In this document: piece by piece, positions 20,727-31,127 of the stretch
Layout: the number at the start of each line of letters is the position of its first letter
Position numbering within the stretch: position 1 is the first letter of the stretch
Source of the DNA: Planctomycetota bacterium
GTDB lineage: Bacteria > Planctomycetota > Planctomycetia > JALXBF01
Length of the DNA stretch: 56,770 nucleotides
NCBI GenBank assembly: GCA_026981825.1
Contig: JALSID010000285.1
Coordinates: 1-56,770 of the forward strand
Direction of reading: 5' to 3'
The notes under the pieces: generated by a model
What the model saw: the letters and a program-made list of their open reading frames with translations, nothing else
What the model was told of the DNA's origin: nothing
The model's database searches: none
Made by a program: the position numbers and the translations under genes

Positions 20727-23570
20727 ATGAGCCGAACGATCCTCAGGTCTCTGGCGTTGTTATCCCTCGTAGCGAAGCTTGCATTGCTTCCAACCCCCCT
20801 TGCGGCTGCAGACGAAAAGCTCGACGACGCTTATCGCCTGATCCAGACCGGTCGCTACGAGGAAGGGCTGGATCTGTTGCAGAAGGCGGCCGATCAGGAG
20901 CTCACGGTCGATGTTCTGCGGCTCAGGGCTCGCGCTCTCCGGGAGATGGGTGACCCGGCGCGCGCCGCGGCGGAGCTGGAAAAGGCCCTCAAGCTGGAGG
21001 GATCAAAGGCGTCTACCGCTTTTGTTGAGGCCGATCTGGCCACGCTTGCTCTCGAGCGAGGGGACGTCAAGGATGCCGTCCGCCGCTCCGCACACGCCTA
21101 CGAACTCGATCCGGATTCCCCGCAGATCCTTTGGGTGCACTATCGCTGTTTGCGGGCGGCCGGGGACTACGATGGGGCACAGCGTGTGCTCAACGAAGCG
21201 TTTGTCCTGTGTACCCATCGAGCGTTCGAGGATCCGTGGGATCTCCTGGCCGCAGGCCGGCTGCTGCAGGAGTACGCGGGAAGGCACCTGAGGGATGCAG
21301 AGCAGGCCCAGCTCCTGAACAGCGTGCTGAACGATTTCTTTGACGGGGCCCTGGCGAAAGATTCCGTCCTCTGGCAGGCCCGCTATCTGTCCGGTCATCT
21401 CTTCGTCTCGAAATATCGCAGCGCAGACGCCGAACGTGACCTGCAGGCCGCTCTGGACATCAACCCCTCCGCCGCGTCTGTGTACGTCGCGTTGGGGCGC
21501 CTTGCGTTGAACGATTTTCAACTGGACCAGGCGATGCAACAGGCCGAGGCGGCACTGGAGTTGAATCCCCACCTGCCGGACGCTCTGGCGTTGAAGGCGG
21601 CCGTCCATCTGGCCCGGGCGCAGACGTCCGACGCCCGGCTCTGGGCCAAGAAGGCGGTGGAGGCCAATCCCGCCCATTGGGAAGCGCTGGCGATCCTGTG
21701 CACGGCGCACTATGTCGAGGGCGACCACGCGGCGTACGAAGCGGTCATCGCGTCGGCTCAGCGGATCAATCCCCGGCCTGTACGGTTCTACTACGCTCTG
21801 GGGCGTCACCTGGAAGACCAGCGCGTGTTTGACAGGGCAGAGTCCTGGTTGTGGCGGGCGCTGGAGGTCGATGCCGATTTCAACCCCCCGCGCGCCGCTC
21901 TGGGCATGCTGCTGATGCGCGTCGCCCGCGAAGACGATGCCCGTCCGGTCCTGGAAGAGGCATTCTCTCGCGACCCATTCAGCGTTCGTGTCAAAAACAC
22001 GCTCGAGGTGCTCGATCTGCTCGACCAGTACGCCGAGTTTGCCGGCCAACACGTGCGTATCAAGGTCGATGGGAGCAAGGACAAGGTCCTGGGCATGGTG
22101 GCCCGCTGGTACCTCGATCGCACCTGGCAGCAACTCACCGATCGGTTCGGTTACTCGCCCAAGGAGCCCGCGCTGGTCGAAGTCTTCAATCGGGCCAAAG
22201 GACACACAGGCCATCAGTGGTTTAGTGCGCGCACGATCGGCTTACCCTGGATCGGTACCGTGGGGGCATGCACGGGAAAAGTTGTGGCGATGGTATCCCC
22301 CCTCGCGCTGCGGAAGCCGTTCAATTGGGGGAGGGTTCTCAGACACGAGCTCACCCACGTTATCACTCTCCAGCAGACGAACTTCAACATCACCCACTGG
22401 TTCACCGAAGCCCTTGCCGTCGATTCGGAAGGGTTCCCACGACCGCGTCTGTGGGACGAGGTGTTAATCCAGGCGCATCGGTCGGGAGAGCTACTGGACC
22501 TTTCGACCATCAACGCAGCATTCATTCGTCCCGGTTCCCAGGCGCGGTGGGCGCTTGCCTACTGTCAGGCGAAGCTTTACCTGGACTACATGCGCGAACG
22601 GTTCGGCCCCAAGGCTGCGGCTGCTCTGTTGCGCGCCTATGCCGAAGGCCATCGGGACCCGAAATCGGTCGAGAAGGCGTTCAACGTTACGGTCGAGGAT
22701 TTCGAAACGGGCTACCGGCACTACATCGACCGGCTCATCCAATCGATTGTGGCCCAGCGGCCGGACCGGCCTGCGGGGTTCGCCGAGCTGGAGAGGGCTG
22801 CGGCCGCTAACCCGCAGGACGCCCGCCTTCAAGCGCGGCTTGCACTCGCCTATCTCCAGCGCAGGGGGTATCGCCGAGCACGCGATTTCGCGAGCAAGGC
22901 GCTCGATCTGGATCCAAACGAGCCGCTCGCCCTGTACGTCCTGGCGCGGCTCTACCTGCAGATCGGCGAAGACGAGCGAGCCGAGGCGCTGTTGGAGAAG
23001 GCTTTGGATGAGCAAAATCCGGAACCACACGTCCTGGCGTTGTTGGCGGACCGGGCCGTTCGGAGGCGGGACCTTGATCGGGCCGAGCGACTGTACAAGC
23101 TGGGCTACGAGCGGTTTCCCGCCGATCAACGCTGGCTCGCGGGGTTGGCGCGGGTCGCCCTGCTTAAGAAAGACCGCGACCGCCTGAAGTTCGCCCTGGA
23201 ACGGCTCGCGCTCGCCGACCCCGATGACCTTGCCACCCGGGTCAAGCTCGCCCAGCTTGCCGAAGAGGAGGCGGACTGGCGGGCGCTGGAGCGGTGGGCG
23301 TGGGAAGTGGTGCTGGTTCATCCCATGCAACGCCAGGGGTATCGATGGCTGAGGACCGCTGCCGAGCACCTCGGCAACCCTGCCGACGCGGCGGAGGCGT
23401 GCCGCGTGCTCGCGGAAGTGGACGAGGAGAACCGAGCCGAGCATCTGGCAGAGGCCGTGGAACTGTTCACTAGGGCCGGCCGGGTCGAACGGGCACAGGA
23501 GGCACTGGATACCCTTCGTAAGGCGGCCCCCGATCATCCTCTGCTGCAGAAGACAAAGAAAGGTAGATGA
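20727..23570 (+). CDS. Secreted TPR-repeat protein with a central HExxH (peptidase MA-like) domain
   Basis: Signal peptide from the ATG at 20727; many TPR-like helices; LRHELTHV...WFTEALA motif. Confidence 0.85.
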   Translation: MSRTILRSLALLSLVAKLALLPTPLAAADEKLDDAYRLIQTGRYEEGLDLLQKAADQELTVDVLRLRARALREMGDPARAAAELEKALKLEGSKASTAFVEADLATLALERGDVKDAVRRSAHAYELDPDSPQILWVHYRCLRAAGDYDGAQRVLNEAFVLCTHRAFEDPWDLLAAGRLLQEYAGRHLRDAEQAQLLNSVLNDFFDGALAKDSVLWQARYLSGHLFVSKYRSADAERDLQAALDINPSAASVYVALGRLALNDFQLDQAMQQAEAALELNPHLPDALALKAAVHLARAQTSDARLWAKKAVEANPAHWEALAILCTAHYVEGDHAAYEAVIASAQRINPRPVRFYYALGRHLEDQRVFDRAESWLWRALEVDADFNPPRAALGMLLMRVAREDDARPVLEEAFSRDPFSVRVKNTLEVLDLLDQYAEFAGQHVRIKVDGSKDKVLGMVARWYLDRTWQQLTDRFGYSPKEPALVEVFNRAKGHTGHQWFSARTIGLPWIGTVGACTGKVVAMVSPLALRKPFNWGRVLRHELTHVITLQQTNFNITHWFTEALAVDSEGFPRPRLWDEVLIQAHRSGELLDLSTINAAFIRPGSQARWALAYCQAKLYLDYMRERFGPKAAAALLRAYAEGHRDPKSVEKAFNVTVEDFETGYRHYIDRLIQSIVAQRPDRPAGFAELERAAAANPQDARLQARLALAYLQRRGYRRARDFASKALDLDPNEPLALYVLARLYLQIGEDERAEALLEKALDEQNPEPHVLALLADRAVRRRDLDRAERLYKLGYERFPADQRWLAGLARVALLKKDRDRLKFALERLALADPDDLATRVKLAQLAEEEADWRALERWAWEVVLVHPMQRQGYRWLRTAAEHLGNPADAAEACRVLAEVDEENRAEHLAEAVELFTRAGRVERAQEALDTLRKAAPDHPLLQKTKKGR

Positions 23571-23668
23571 ACGAGGCAGTGGCCGTCTCGAAGGGCCGCG
23601 GCCATGGTGGCCGCCCTGAACGCTCCAGCAACCGCTGTTGAGGGGCGTTCCAAAGGTCGCCACAGCAA

Positions 23669-23995
23669 GTGACGGAGGCGTGCGAGTTGTCCGACATCGG
23701 CCTACGCGAACTACAGGATTTGATGCGACGGATGTACCTTCCGCGGGATGTCGAGCGGGGGGTCGAAGGAACGTTCATGTGGCTGATGGAAGAAGTGGGC
23801 GAGCTGGCCGCATCTTTGCGCACGGGGGACATCGAGAACCTGCACGAGGAGTTCGCCGATGTCCTTGCGTGGTTAGCCACAATCGCCAACGTGATGAACG
23901 TGGACCTCGCCCGTGCTGTTCGAGAAAAGTACGGTCACGGGTGTCCCGGTTGCGGCACGATCCCGTGTACGTGCTCGGAAGATGAGAAGCCGTAG
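23669..23995 (+). CDS. MazG-like nucleotide pyrophosphohydrolase
   Basis: Motifs WLMEEVGELA and EEFADVLAWL; C-terminal CPGC...PCTC. Confidence 0.88.
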   Translation: MTEACELSDIGLRELQDLMRRMYLPRDVERGVEGTFMWLMEEVGELAASLRTGDIENLHEEFADVLAWLATIANVMNVDLARAVREKYGHGCPGCGTIPCTCSEDEKP

Positions 23996-24131
23996 GGGCT
24001 CGGGCCGACCCGGCGGCGGGGGCCAGCACCTACAATTCCTCGGGTTCAAACCACCCCTCCGGGCCGCACGTTCTATTACAAAGGACCGTTCGACGGCACA
24101 GTTACGTCGCGAATTCCGGCGGAAAAGGCGG

Positions 24132-26315
24132 ATGGTGTCTACTTCCTGGCATCGTTTCGGTCGTATTGGCCTGGCGTGTGGACTGGTCTTGCTTGGGGCT
24201 CTTTGCCGGTGCGCACTCGCCGGTGCGCGGATCGAGTCCGTAGTTCCAGGCTTCGGCGGCCTGTACAAGGTCGGCCACTGGTGCCCCGTCCATGTGACGG
24301 TCAAGGCTGACGAGCAGGGCTTCGGGGGCTACCTTACCGTCCGCTGTCCGGATGTGGACGACATTGTCGTCCGGTTCGGGGGGCCGATAAGCAAGGGGGG
24401 AGGTGTGCCGGTGAGCCTGGGGGCCAACGAGTCCCGCACGTGGACCATCTACGTGCGTCCCGGCAACCTCGGGGCCAGGATCGAGGGGGTGCTCCTGAAC
24501 GCTGACGGCAGAGAGGTGCAGAGCAGGTCGCCGGATCCTGCGGTGATTACTCCCGTGGCAGAGGAAACGTTCGTTTTGCTCGGCCTTGGCATGGAGGGGA
24601 TCCTGTCCAGTCGGGCGCTGGAGGAGATAGCCGGCCGATCTAACATGGCCAGGAGCGGGGCGGTGGACCTGCAGTTCGTCCAGGTTTCTCTTGACAGCCC
24701 TGAGGTGCCTGCAGCCTGGCTCGGCTACGACATGGTCGACGCCGTATTGCTGGCTCTCGATGATAACGTGTTGCTCACGCGGATGTCGCCGGCAAAGCAG
24801 CAGGCGATCGCAAACTGGGTGCGTTTAGGCGGTCACCTGGTTGTCTCGCTCGCTTCCGGGCTCCCGGCCCTGCGAGATACCCCCCTCGATCGCCTGCTAC
24901 CGGTGGAGGTCGAGGGCGTTGTGAAGCTGTCGGACGCGAGCGATTTCGAGTCGTTCGCAAAGACGCCGAAGGCTCTCCCTCTTCCCAAGGGGGGGCTGGA
25001 TGTGCCGGCGTTCCGAATCCGCCGCGGCAAAGCGCTCGTCTCCCACCGTGGACAGCCGTTGCTGGTCCGCGCCCCGTTCGGCTTTGGTACGGTCGATGTG
25101 GTCGCTTTGCCGTTCGGTAGCAACGCATTCTCGCAGTGGGAAGGGCGACATGACTTCGTCAGCGCGCTGTTACCGACGCACCTCTGGCGGCAGACCGGCG
25201 GCTCGGCCACCATGCGCTTCGTCGCCGAGACGGACCTCGCCTCAATTGTGAAGCAGTGGGTCGAGCGGTACCAGGGCGTCGTTCCCGTGTCGTTCCAGTG
25301 GATCGCCTTCGGGATTTTCGCGTACATCCTGCTCATCGGTCCGGTCGACTACTTCCTGGTGCGGCGGGTATTCGGGCGGCCCGAGCTCACGTGGCTTACG
25401 TTCTCCATCGGCGCCATCGGATTATGCGTCCTGGTCTGGGTGGCCATTCAGCTCTACCAGGGGAAAGAGATTTACGAACGGCGAGTCGAGCTGATCGACG
25501 TCCACCAGCCGACCCGGTTCGTCCGCGGCTTCGGCGTGGGTTCGGTCTTCACGCCGTTCGCTCAGACGCTCACCGTCACAGTCCGCCCGGACGTGCCGTT
25601 TGTCGAGGACCTGCCCGAGCTCCGTCCCCGATGCGTTCTGCACTGGGCCGCCGTGCCGGAGGATGCGTTGGGCGGTACATCACGGGCGGGCAGCTTGCCC
25701 CTTTCGGCGCGGGAGTACGGCTACGGCACGGACTACTGTCGATTGGAGGGCGTACCGATGTATACCCGGAGCGGGAAGACGTTCGCCTGGGTGTGGGGAG
25801 GGCGCTGCCGATCCGTCTTGCGCGGCAACCTCTCCGCAGCAGCAGGCTATCACCTCCGCGGCAGCCTGCAGAACCGCTCCGGCTACGACTTCAACTGGCT
25901 CGTCGTGGCCTACAGCAACCGCACCTACATCCTGCACGATGTGCAGGACCGGGCCGTTGTGCGTGTCGAAGATGCGGACACGTTGTCCCTGTCCGCATTC
26001 GTAACCCGATTCGATCGGCTCGGGAAACACGGCGACCTGGCGCGGGCGCTCCTCCAAGCCACCTTTTACCAGGCGGTCGGAGACACGCTGATGACCACCA
26101 ATTACACGCTGTCACGCCTGGACATGAGCCAGTTCGGAACCGACCCGGAATACGCAGTGGCGATCGGATGGGCAGAGGGCCAAGAGGGGGTAACCTGGCA
26201 CGCCGCTACAGCCGAGGCACCGCAGAGTGCCGAATCCGTGGTTATGCTCCGTGTTGTTCTCCCGGTGCAGGCAGAACGCATGGGGGTTGAAACTCTTCTG
26301 AGGGACCAGCAATGA
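24132..26315 (+). CDS. Membrane-anchored ABC-associated protein (glutamine-amidotransferase-like extracytoplasmic domain plus 2 TM)
   Basis: Signal peptide; motifs YKVGHWCPV, WLGYDMVD, WVRLGGHLVV and YILLIGPVDYFLVRR...PELTWLTF. Overlaps the start of the next ABC ATPase (ATGA). Confidence 0.75.
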   Translation: MVSTSWHRFGRIGLACGLVLLGALCRCALAGARIESVVPGFGGLYKVGHWCPVHVTVKADEQGFGGYLTVRCPDVDDIVVRFGGPISKGGGVPVSLGANESRTWTIYVRPGNLGARIEGVLLNADGREVQSRSPDPAVITPVAEETFVLLGLGMEGILSSRALEEIAGRSNMARSGAVDLQFVQVSLDSPEVPAAWLGYDMVDAVLLALDDNVLLTRMSPAKQQAIANWVRLGGHLVVSLASGLPALRDTPLDRLLPVEVEGVVKLSDASDFESFAKTPKALPLPKGGLDVPAFRIRRGKALVSHRGQPLLVRAPFGFGTVDVVALPFGSNAFSQWEGRHDFVSALLPTHLWRQTGGSATMRFVAETDLASIVKQWVERYQGVVPVSFQWIAFGIFAYILLIGPVDYFLVRRVFGRPELTWLTFSIGAIGLCVLVWVAIQLYQGKEIYERRVELIDVHQPTRFVRGFGVGSVFTPFAQTLTVTVRPDVPFVEDLPELRPRCVLHWAAVPEDALGGTSRAGSLPLSAREYGYGTDYCRLEGVPMYTRSGKTFAWVWGGRCRSVLRGNLSAAAGYHLRGSLQNRSGYDFNWLVVAYSNRTYILHDVQDRAVVRVEDADTLSLSAFVTRFDRLGKHGDLARALLQATFYQAVGDTLMTTNYTLSRLDMSQFGTDPEYAVAIGWAEGQEGVTWHAATAEAPQSAESVVMLRVVLPVQAERMGVETLLRDQQ

Positions 26316-27238
26316 TCGAAACGCGCGATTTGACCAAAATCTACGGCGATCTCTACGCCGTTAACCGGCTCAACCTGCGTCTGGAACGTGGGGATGTCTT
26401 TGGCTTTATCGGTCCCAACGGAGCCGGAAAAACCACAACGATGCGGATCCTGGCGACGTTGCTGAACCCCACGTTCGGCGAGGCCTATGTGTGCGGCTAT
26501 TCGATCTACAACGGCGCCCGTGAGATCCGCCGCCTCATCGGCTACATGCCCGATTTCTTCGGCGTTTACGACGACATGACCGTCATTGAGTACCTGGAGT
26601 TCTTTGCGGCAGCGTACAGGATTCGGCCGCCGAAACGTCGCCAAATCTGTGAATCGGTGCTGGAGCTGGTTGACCTGGCGTTTAAGCGGGATGCACTCGT
26701 GACCAATCTGTCCCGCGGAATGACGCAGCGGCTCGGCCTGGCTCGGGTGCTCTTGCACGATCCTCAGGTGCTGCTACTGGACGAGCCGGCCAGTGGGCTC
26801 GATCCACGAGCACGCATCGAGGTGCGCAACTTGCTCAAGCGCCTGCGGGAGATGGGAAAGACGATCCTCGTATCCAGCCACATCCTCCCCGAGCTAGCCG
26901 ATGTTTGCAATAAGATCGGGATCATCGAACGCGGGAACATGCTGGTCCAGGGGGACGTCCGCGAGGTCATGAAACAGGTGCGGGTCAATGTCGTGCTGGA
27001 GGTGAAAGTGCAGAACAACGCAGACGGAGCGGCAACTCTGCTGGCGGACCGACCGGAGGTCGAGTCGGTCGAGCGTCGTGGCGAACTGCTGGAAGTCACC
27101 CTGCGAGAGGACGTGACCGACTTCGCGTTCATTCCGGAACTACTCATCTACAACGGCTACCGGTTGGAACTGCTCCGCGAGAAAGAGATCAGCCTCGAGA
27201 CGGCCTTCATGGCGCTCACGAAAGGTGCCCTTCAGTAA
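26312..27238 (+). CDS. ABC transporter ATP-binding protein
   Basis: Motifs GPNGAGKTT, LSRGM, LLLDEP and SSH. Confidence 0.95.
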   Translation: MIETRDLTKIYGDLYAVNRLNLRLERGDVFGFIGPNGAGKTTTMRILATLLNPTFGEAYVCGYSIYNGAREIRRLIGYMPDFFGVYDDMTVIEYLEFFAAAYRIRPPKRRQICESVLELVDLAFKRDALVTNLSRGMTQRLGLARVLLHDPQVLLLDEPASGLDPRARIEVRNLLKRLREMGKTILVSSHILPELADVCNKIGIIERGNMLVQGDVREVMKQVRVNVVLEVKVQNNADGAATLLADRPEVESVERRGELLEVTLREDVTDFAFIPELLIYNGYRLELLREKEISLETAFMALTKGALQ

Positions 27239-27581
27239 GGGGCATGAGATCGGGGGCAATCGGCCCCGCCGTCCGTGGCCGCCGACCTGGGGCGGACCCC
27301 GGGGCCGGGGAAGGCGTGTCCGGGTTAGACTGCCACGTAGCGCCAAGACGCGGTAGAACCACCGCTGTCAAGGGCAGGGGATCGACGGATCGCGACCGGC
27401 TGGCCTACCAACGAGACGAGCGTTTGGCAGGTGGCACCTTCACTTTGGTGGCCGTGGCAGCGTTACTAAGTCCGAGCGGCTCCGGTCGACGGTCCCTGTA
27501 TCCGGCTGGTTGGCCCCCTGGGGGGACGTGAGTTGGACGAACGTTTGGGCGATGGGCGGCTTACCGGAACAACCAAATGCA

Positions 27582-27609
27582 AACAGCCCGGCCTGGGAGC
27601 CGGGCTGTT
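27582..27609. terminator. Hairpin terminator between convergent genes
   Basis: Perfect 11-bp stem aacagcccggc / gccgggctgtt with a 6-nt loop. Confidence 0.65.
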
Positions 27610-27629
27610 CGGGGCGTTGGGGGGGTAGG

Positions 27630-28478
27630 CTATGAGCGATGGCGGTTCCGTAGCCGTCGCGCGGCGATGGCTGCCGGGACACCCAACGCCATCAAGATCA
27701 GGCTGCCGGGTTCGGGATTGGGACGAGGGAGGTCGCCGTCCGAGGGGGGATCGCCGTTCCTCAGGTTACCCTTGTAGTAGCTAGGCAAGTAGTCCAGATC
27801 CGTGGTCATGAACACCACCGATGAGTAACCACCCGTGGGGATCGCACCGTCGCCGAACACGCCGAAGCCGGGAATGATCACCTGGTCCCAGGTGAAGCGA
27901 GCCATGCTGTCACCGGAATCCATCACTCCGGAAATCGGGTTGTAAGCCGAGCTATCGCTCGCAAAGCCCACCCCGGACACCCCGCTTTCGCTCGGTATAC
28001 CGTCCACCACGTCATCCCCCTTGTCGTCTCCGGGGGCCTCCGATCCGAGAAACCGGTTGCCGGCCGGACCAACGGGGGCTCCATCGGTGAACACGGTGTC
28101 CGCCAGGTAACCGATTGAGGTCAGAGCACTGGATGAATAGTTCGGCAGTTTGAGAACGTGCAAGTCGTGGTCTGGATCACCTGGAACGGCGTTGGGGTCG
28201 GTGTTCACCACCTGGTAGAAAAACACATACGCGGCATCAACGTCGATATAGTTACTGAGCAGCAGGGACGTTGCGACGCCGGAAAGGCCCAGCTCCGTAA
28301 CCCAGTTGTTCGTATCTGGCTTGTAAACAGCGAAGTTTACAATTCCGTCACTGCTGGGGTTGTCCGACATCTGCGTGTTGCCGGTCAACGACGTGAGCCA
28401 ACCGGCCGAAGCGGGATGGCTTAAGGCTGACAATACGGCCAGAGTAACCGCCGTGCGCAGGAGAGTCCGTGTGTGCAT
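27630..28478 (-). CDS. PEP-CTERM sorting-domain surface protein
   Basis: Signal peptide (…SHPASA); Gly/Ser/Asp-rich body; C-terminal NPEPGSLILMALGVPAAIAARRLRNRHRS (PEP, TM helix, basic tail). Confidence 0.9.
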   Translation of the reverse strand: MHTRTLLRTAVTLAVLSALSHPASAGWLTSLTGNTQMSDNPSSDGIVNFAVYKPDTNNWVTELGLSGVATSLLLSNYIDVDAAYVFFYQVVNTDPNAVPGDPDHDLHVLKLPNYSSSALTSIGYLADTVFTDGAPVGPAGNRFLGSEAPGDDKGDDVVDGIPSESGVSGVGFASDSSAYNPISGVMDSGDSMARFTWDQVIIPGFGVFGDGAIPTGGYSSVVFMTTDLDYLPSYYKGNLRNGDPPSDGDLPRPNPEPGSLILMALGVPAAIAARRLRNRHRS

Positions 28479-28901
28479 CTGCAGCTCCTCTTCCTCCTCC
28501 GATTTGGTCTGCCAACTTTACTTATGAGCGATTTCGTATCGTGGCTGTTCACCCACCTAGATACATTTCGAGCCCAGACGTGACCGGTGTTTGCACGCCG
28601 TCTGAGCCCGCACAACCCGTACAGCTTGTCCAGTTGCTCGGCGTCGTTACAGGTGGCCCATCCTCACGCTTGCGAAGTCGGCCGACGTCGTCGCATTCGA
28701 GCGAGCCCAGGGGGGGCCGCAACGAGGGCGTCGCTGCCGAAGGTTTACGGCTCGGTCCTTCTTGCGTCTTCCGATGACCCGCGGCCGTGGAGCCGGAGTC
28801 GCGTGGAGCCTGCATCTGAAAACCGTCCTGATGTGGCGGCCGAGGGGGAAAGGGATCTGGAGATAGGCTGATGCACAGCGGGCGAATGGCAGACGGCGCC
28901 A

Positions 28902-29060
28902 GTGACGGTTTTGAACGACGAGGATTGGACGATTATCCAAGAACGGCTTCCGCTCGAGAACCGGGCCGCTCGGCCCGGAAACGGATCATCATGGACGGGA
29001 ATCGTATGCGTTCGCGTCGTGCTCGGTCTCTCCGTGGTCCTACCCCTCCTTGCTTTGGGG
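28902..29060 (+). pseudogene. Possible decayed IS5-family transposase N-terminus
   Basis: LNDEDWTIIQERLP…RPG resembles the IS5 LTD.EW..I.PLLP…GRP start. A shifted frame gives RIIMDG…PPCFG. The resemblance is weak. Confidence 0.3.
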
Positions 29061-29393
29061 TCCTCGCGTCGCTCTGGGTTGGGACGGAGCGTTGTGGCCA
29101 AAGGTAAACTAAAGATTGTGGACGAGACACCCGGCCCGGACTGACTGCGCTAACGGGGCCAAACAGGGGCCGATCAGGGGGTTGCGTGCGCGGGCCCGTG
29201 AACTGGCGCCGAAGAGCTGTGGTGCGCACTGAGTTGTTCGGATGGGAGAACCACGTGGGGCAGTCGCGGGTGTGGAAAGGCCGGTTTGGAGCTGGAGGGG
29301 GGCTTTCGGCCACAGCCGCGTGACGGGAAGTGGGGGGGGCGTCTGGTCCGAGAAGCTGATGTCAGGGGGAAAATTGCACGAGGGCGAGAGCAT

Positions 29394-30080
29394 ATGTCAC
29401 CGAAGTTGGTATGGGCCTCGTCCGTGGGAGTGCTTGCGGTTGCGGTCGTCGTGTGGGAGCTGCAGCCGGCGCTCAGCAATCCTGACGTCGCATCTGCCGA
29501 TCAGCAGGTTGCCGCTGCACTCCGGTGGATGGAGCAGCATGAGGACTGGATGACCGTGCCACCGGAGCATGGCCGGTTTTTGTGGCAGATTGTCGAAGCG
29601 ACCAGGCCGCGGAGGATCCTGGAGGTGGGCAGCGCGTTTGGCTATGCGACCCTGTGGCTCGGCCGTGGGCTTCTAGGGCGCGAGGGGAACATCACATCGA
29701 TCGAGCTGCTTGAGGAGCGAGTCGAGATTGCGCGACAGGCGTTGGAGCGCGCCGGGCTATCGGCTCGCGTGCGCGTGATCACCGGGGACGCGTTCGAAGT
29801 GGTCCCGACGCTGAGCGGGCAATTCGACCTCATCTTTCTCGATGCGGCCAAGGCGGACTACCACCGTTTTTATGAGATGCTCTTGCCCAGGCTCCGGGAA
29901 GGCGGCGTTCTTCTTGCTCACAACGTCATTGCCCGTGCCCGGCAAGTGCGTCCTTTCCTGGATCGGATCGAAAGCGACAAGCGCGTGATCGCCTCGATCA
30001 TCCGGATCGGCGACGATGGCTTCGCCTTTTGCGTGCGGCGACGGGGAAAGGAATCGCAGGGGACGACCGACACGCCCTAG
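29394..30080 (+). CDS. SAM-dependent O-methyltransferase with an N-terminal hydrophobic/signal segment
   Basis: Motifs ILEVGSAFGYATLW, FDLIFLDAAKADY and GGVLLAHN (caffeoyl-CoA OMT-like). Confidence 0.88.
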   Translation: MSPKLVWASSVGVLAVAVVVWELQPALSNPDVASADQQVAAALRWMEQHEDWMTVPPEHGRFLWQIVEATRPRRILEVGSAFGYATLWLGRGLLGREGNITSIELLEERVEIARQALERAGLSARVRVITGDAFEVVPTLSGQFDLIFLDAAKADYHRFYEMLLPRLREGGVLLAHNVIARARQVRPFLDRIESDKRVIASIIRIGDDGFAFCVRRRGKESQGTTDTP

Positions 30081-30392
30081 CGACTGTGCGGACCGGCCCG
30101 GTGGTACGAACTGTATGCCGGGAATGGGCGTGACTGAGGCCGGATGCGGCGCCGGTGATCTTCTTTGAGCAAGCTGGAGCAGGGGGGCGGCAGATGGGCG
30201 TCCGCGCGGTCGACCGGGGACGCTGCCTGCTGCTGCGACATGCGGGCGTGCCTGCTCGAGGCACGGTGCGTTGAGTGAGCGCTTGGGGGGGCGCGTGTGC
30301 GAGCGGCAGTGCCGCGACCTTGAGGATTGACGGGAAGACGGCTTCCCGTCGTGCTGTGGACGCGGACTGGAGGCTGTGCTGGAGGTGACGCG

Positions 30393-31109
30393 ATGCGCAA
30401 GTGTGCATGTGGAGCGGTCAATCCGGACTGGGCTACGGAGTGCGCCAAATGTGGGGCTCCGCTGGGGGCTGCCTCCTCAGGAAGTGAGATCCAGGGCAGT
30501 GAGATGCAGGAACCGGCGCAGTCGCCCGAGCGGGGTGACGGCGGGGAAGGAACGAGCGCGGGTCGGCCGGATGTCCCGGCTTTTGGGGGACAAACTGGCG
30601 CAGCGAGCTCATCGGCCGCCGAGGGGCCGGCCGGCGCTGCGCCCTCGTGGGGGCAGCCCAGGTCGCCGACGTCGCCCCCAGCAAGGGGGCAGCTTGGTCC
30701 ACCCCCATGGCCTGCTTCCGGCGCAGGGGCTGATGTCCCGGGTGCGCCGCCGGCCTGGGGCGGGCCGGGCTCGACCGGCGGCACCACGACCGGGGCGGAC
30801 TACGTACAGGGCCCTGCGGTGGTGTTGCCTGCGGCGCCGGCGTGGGAGCAGCGAGGACCAGAGCAGCCTCGGAAAGCGAGGAAAGAGATCTCGCCTGTTG
30901 CGCTGGGTATCGTCGGGCTGTTTGCCGCGTGCGTCCCGATCGCGGGAGCACCGCTCAATGCGATCGCCATCTGGAGGGGCACGCGCGCGATCCGACAGGG
31001 GGAAACAGTAGCCGGGGTGATCGGATTGGTCTTGGGTGTGGTGGGCTTTATCCTTACGCTGCTGAATGCGGCGTTTGGCGTGTATCTGGCCTTACGGGGT
31101 GGACCGTAG
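30393..31109 (+). CDS. Zinc-ribbon + Pro/Gly-rich linker + DUF4190-like membrane protein
   Basis: GGAGGT RBS; N-terminus MRKCACGAVNPDWATECAKCGAPL; low-complexity middle; C-terminal ALGIVGLF…AIAIWRG…AGVIGLVLG. Confidence 0.75.
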   Translation: MRKCACGAVNPDWATECAKCGAPLGAASSGSEIQGSEMQEPAQSPERGDGGEGTSAGRPDVPAFGGQTGAASSSAAEGPAGAAPSWGQPRSPTSPPARGQLGPPPWPASGAGADVPGAPPAWGGPGSTGGTTTGADYVQGPAVVLPAAPAWEQRGPEQPRKARKEISPVALGIVGLFAACVPIAGAPLNAIAIWRGTRAIRQGETVAGVIGLVLGVVGFILTLLNAAFGVYLALRGGP

Positions 31110-31127
31110 GCGCATGCGCCCGCCGCC

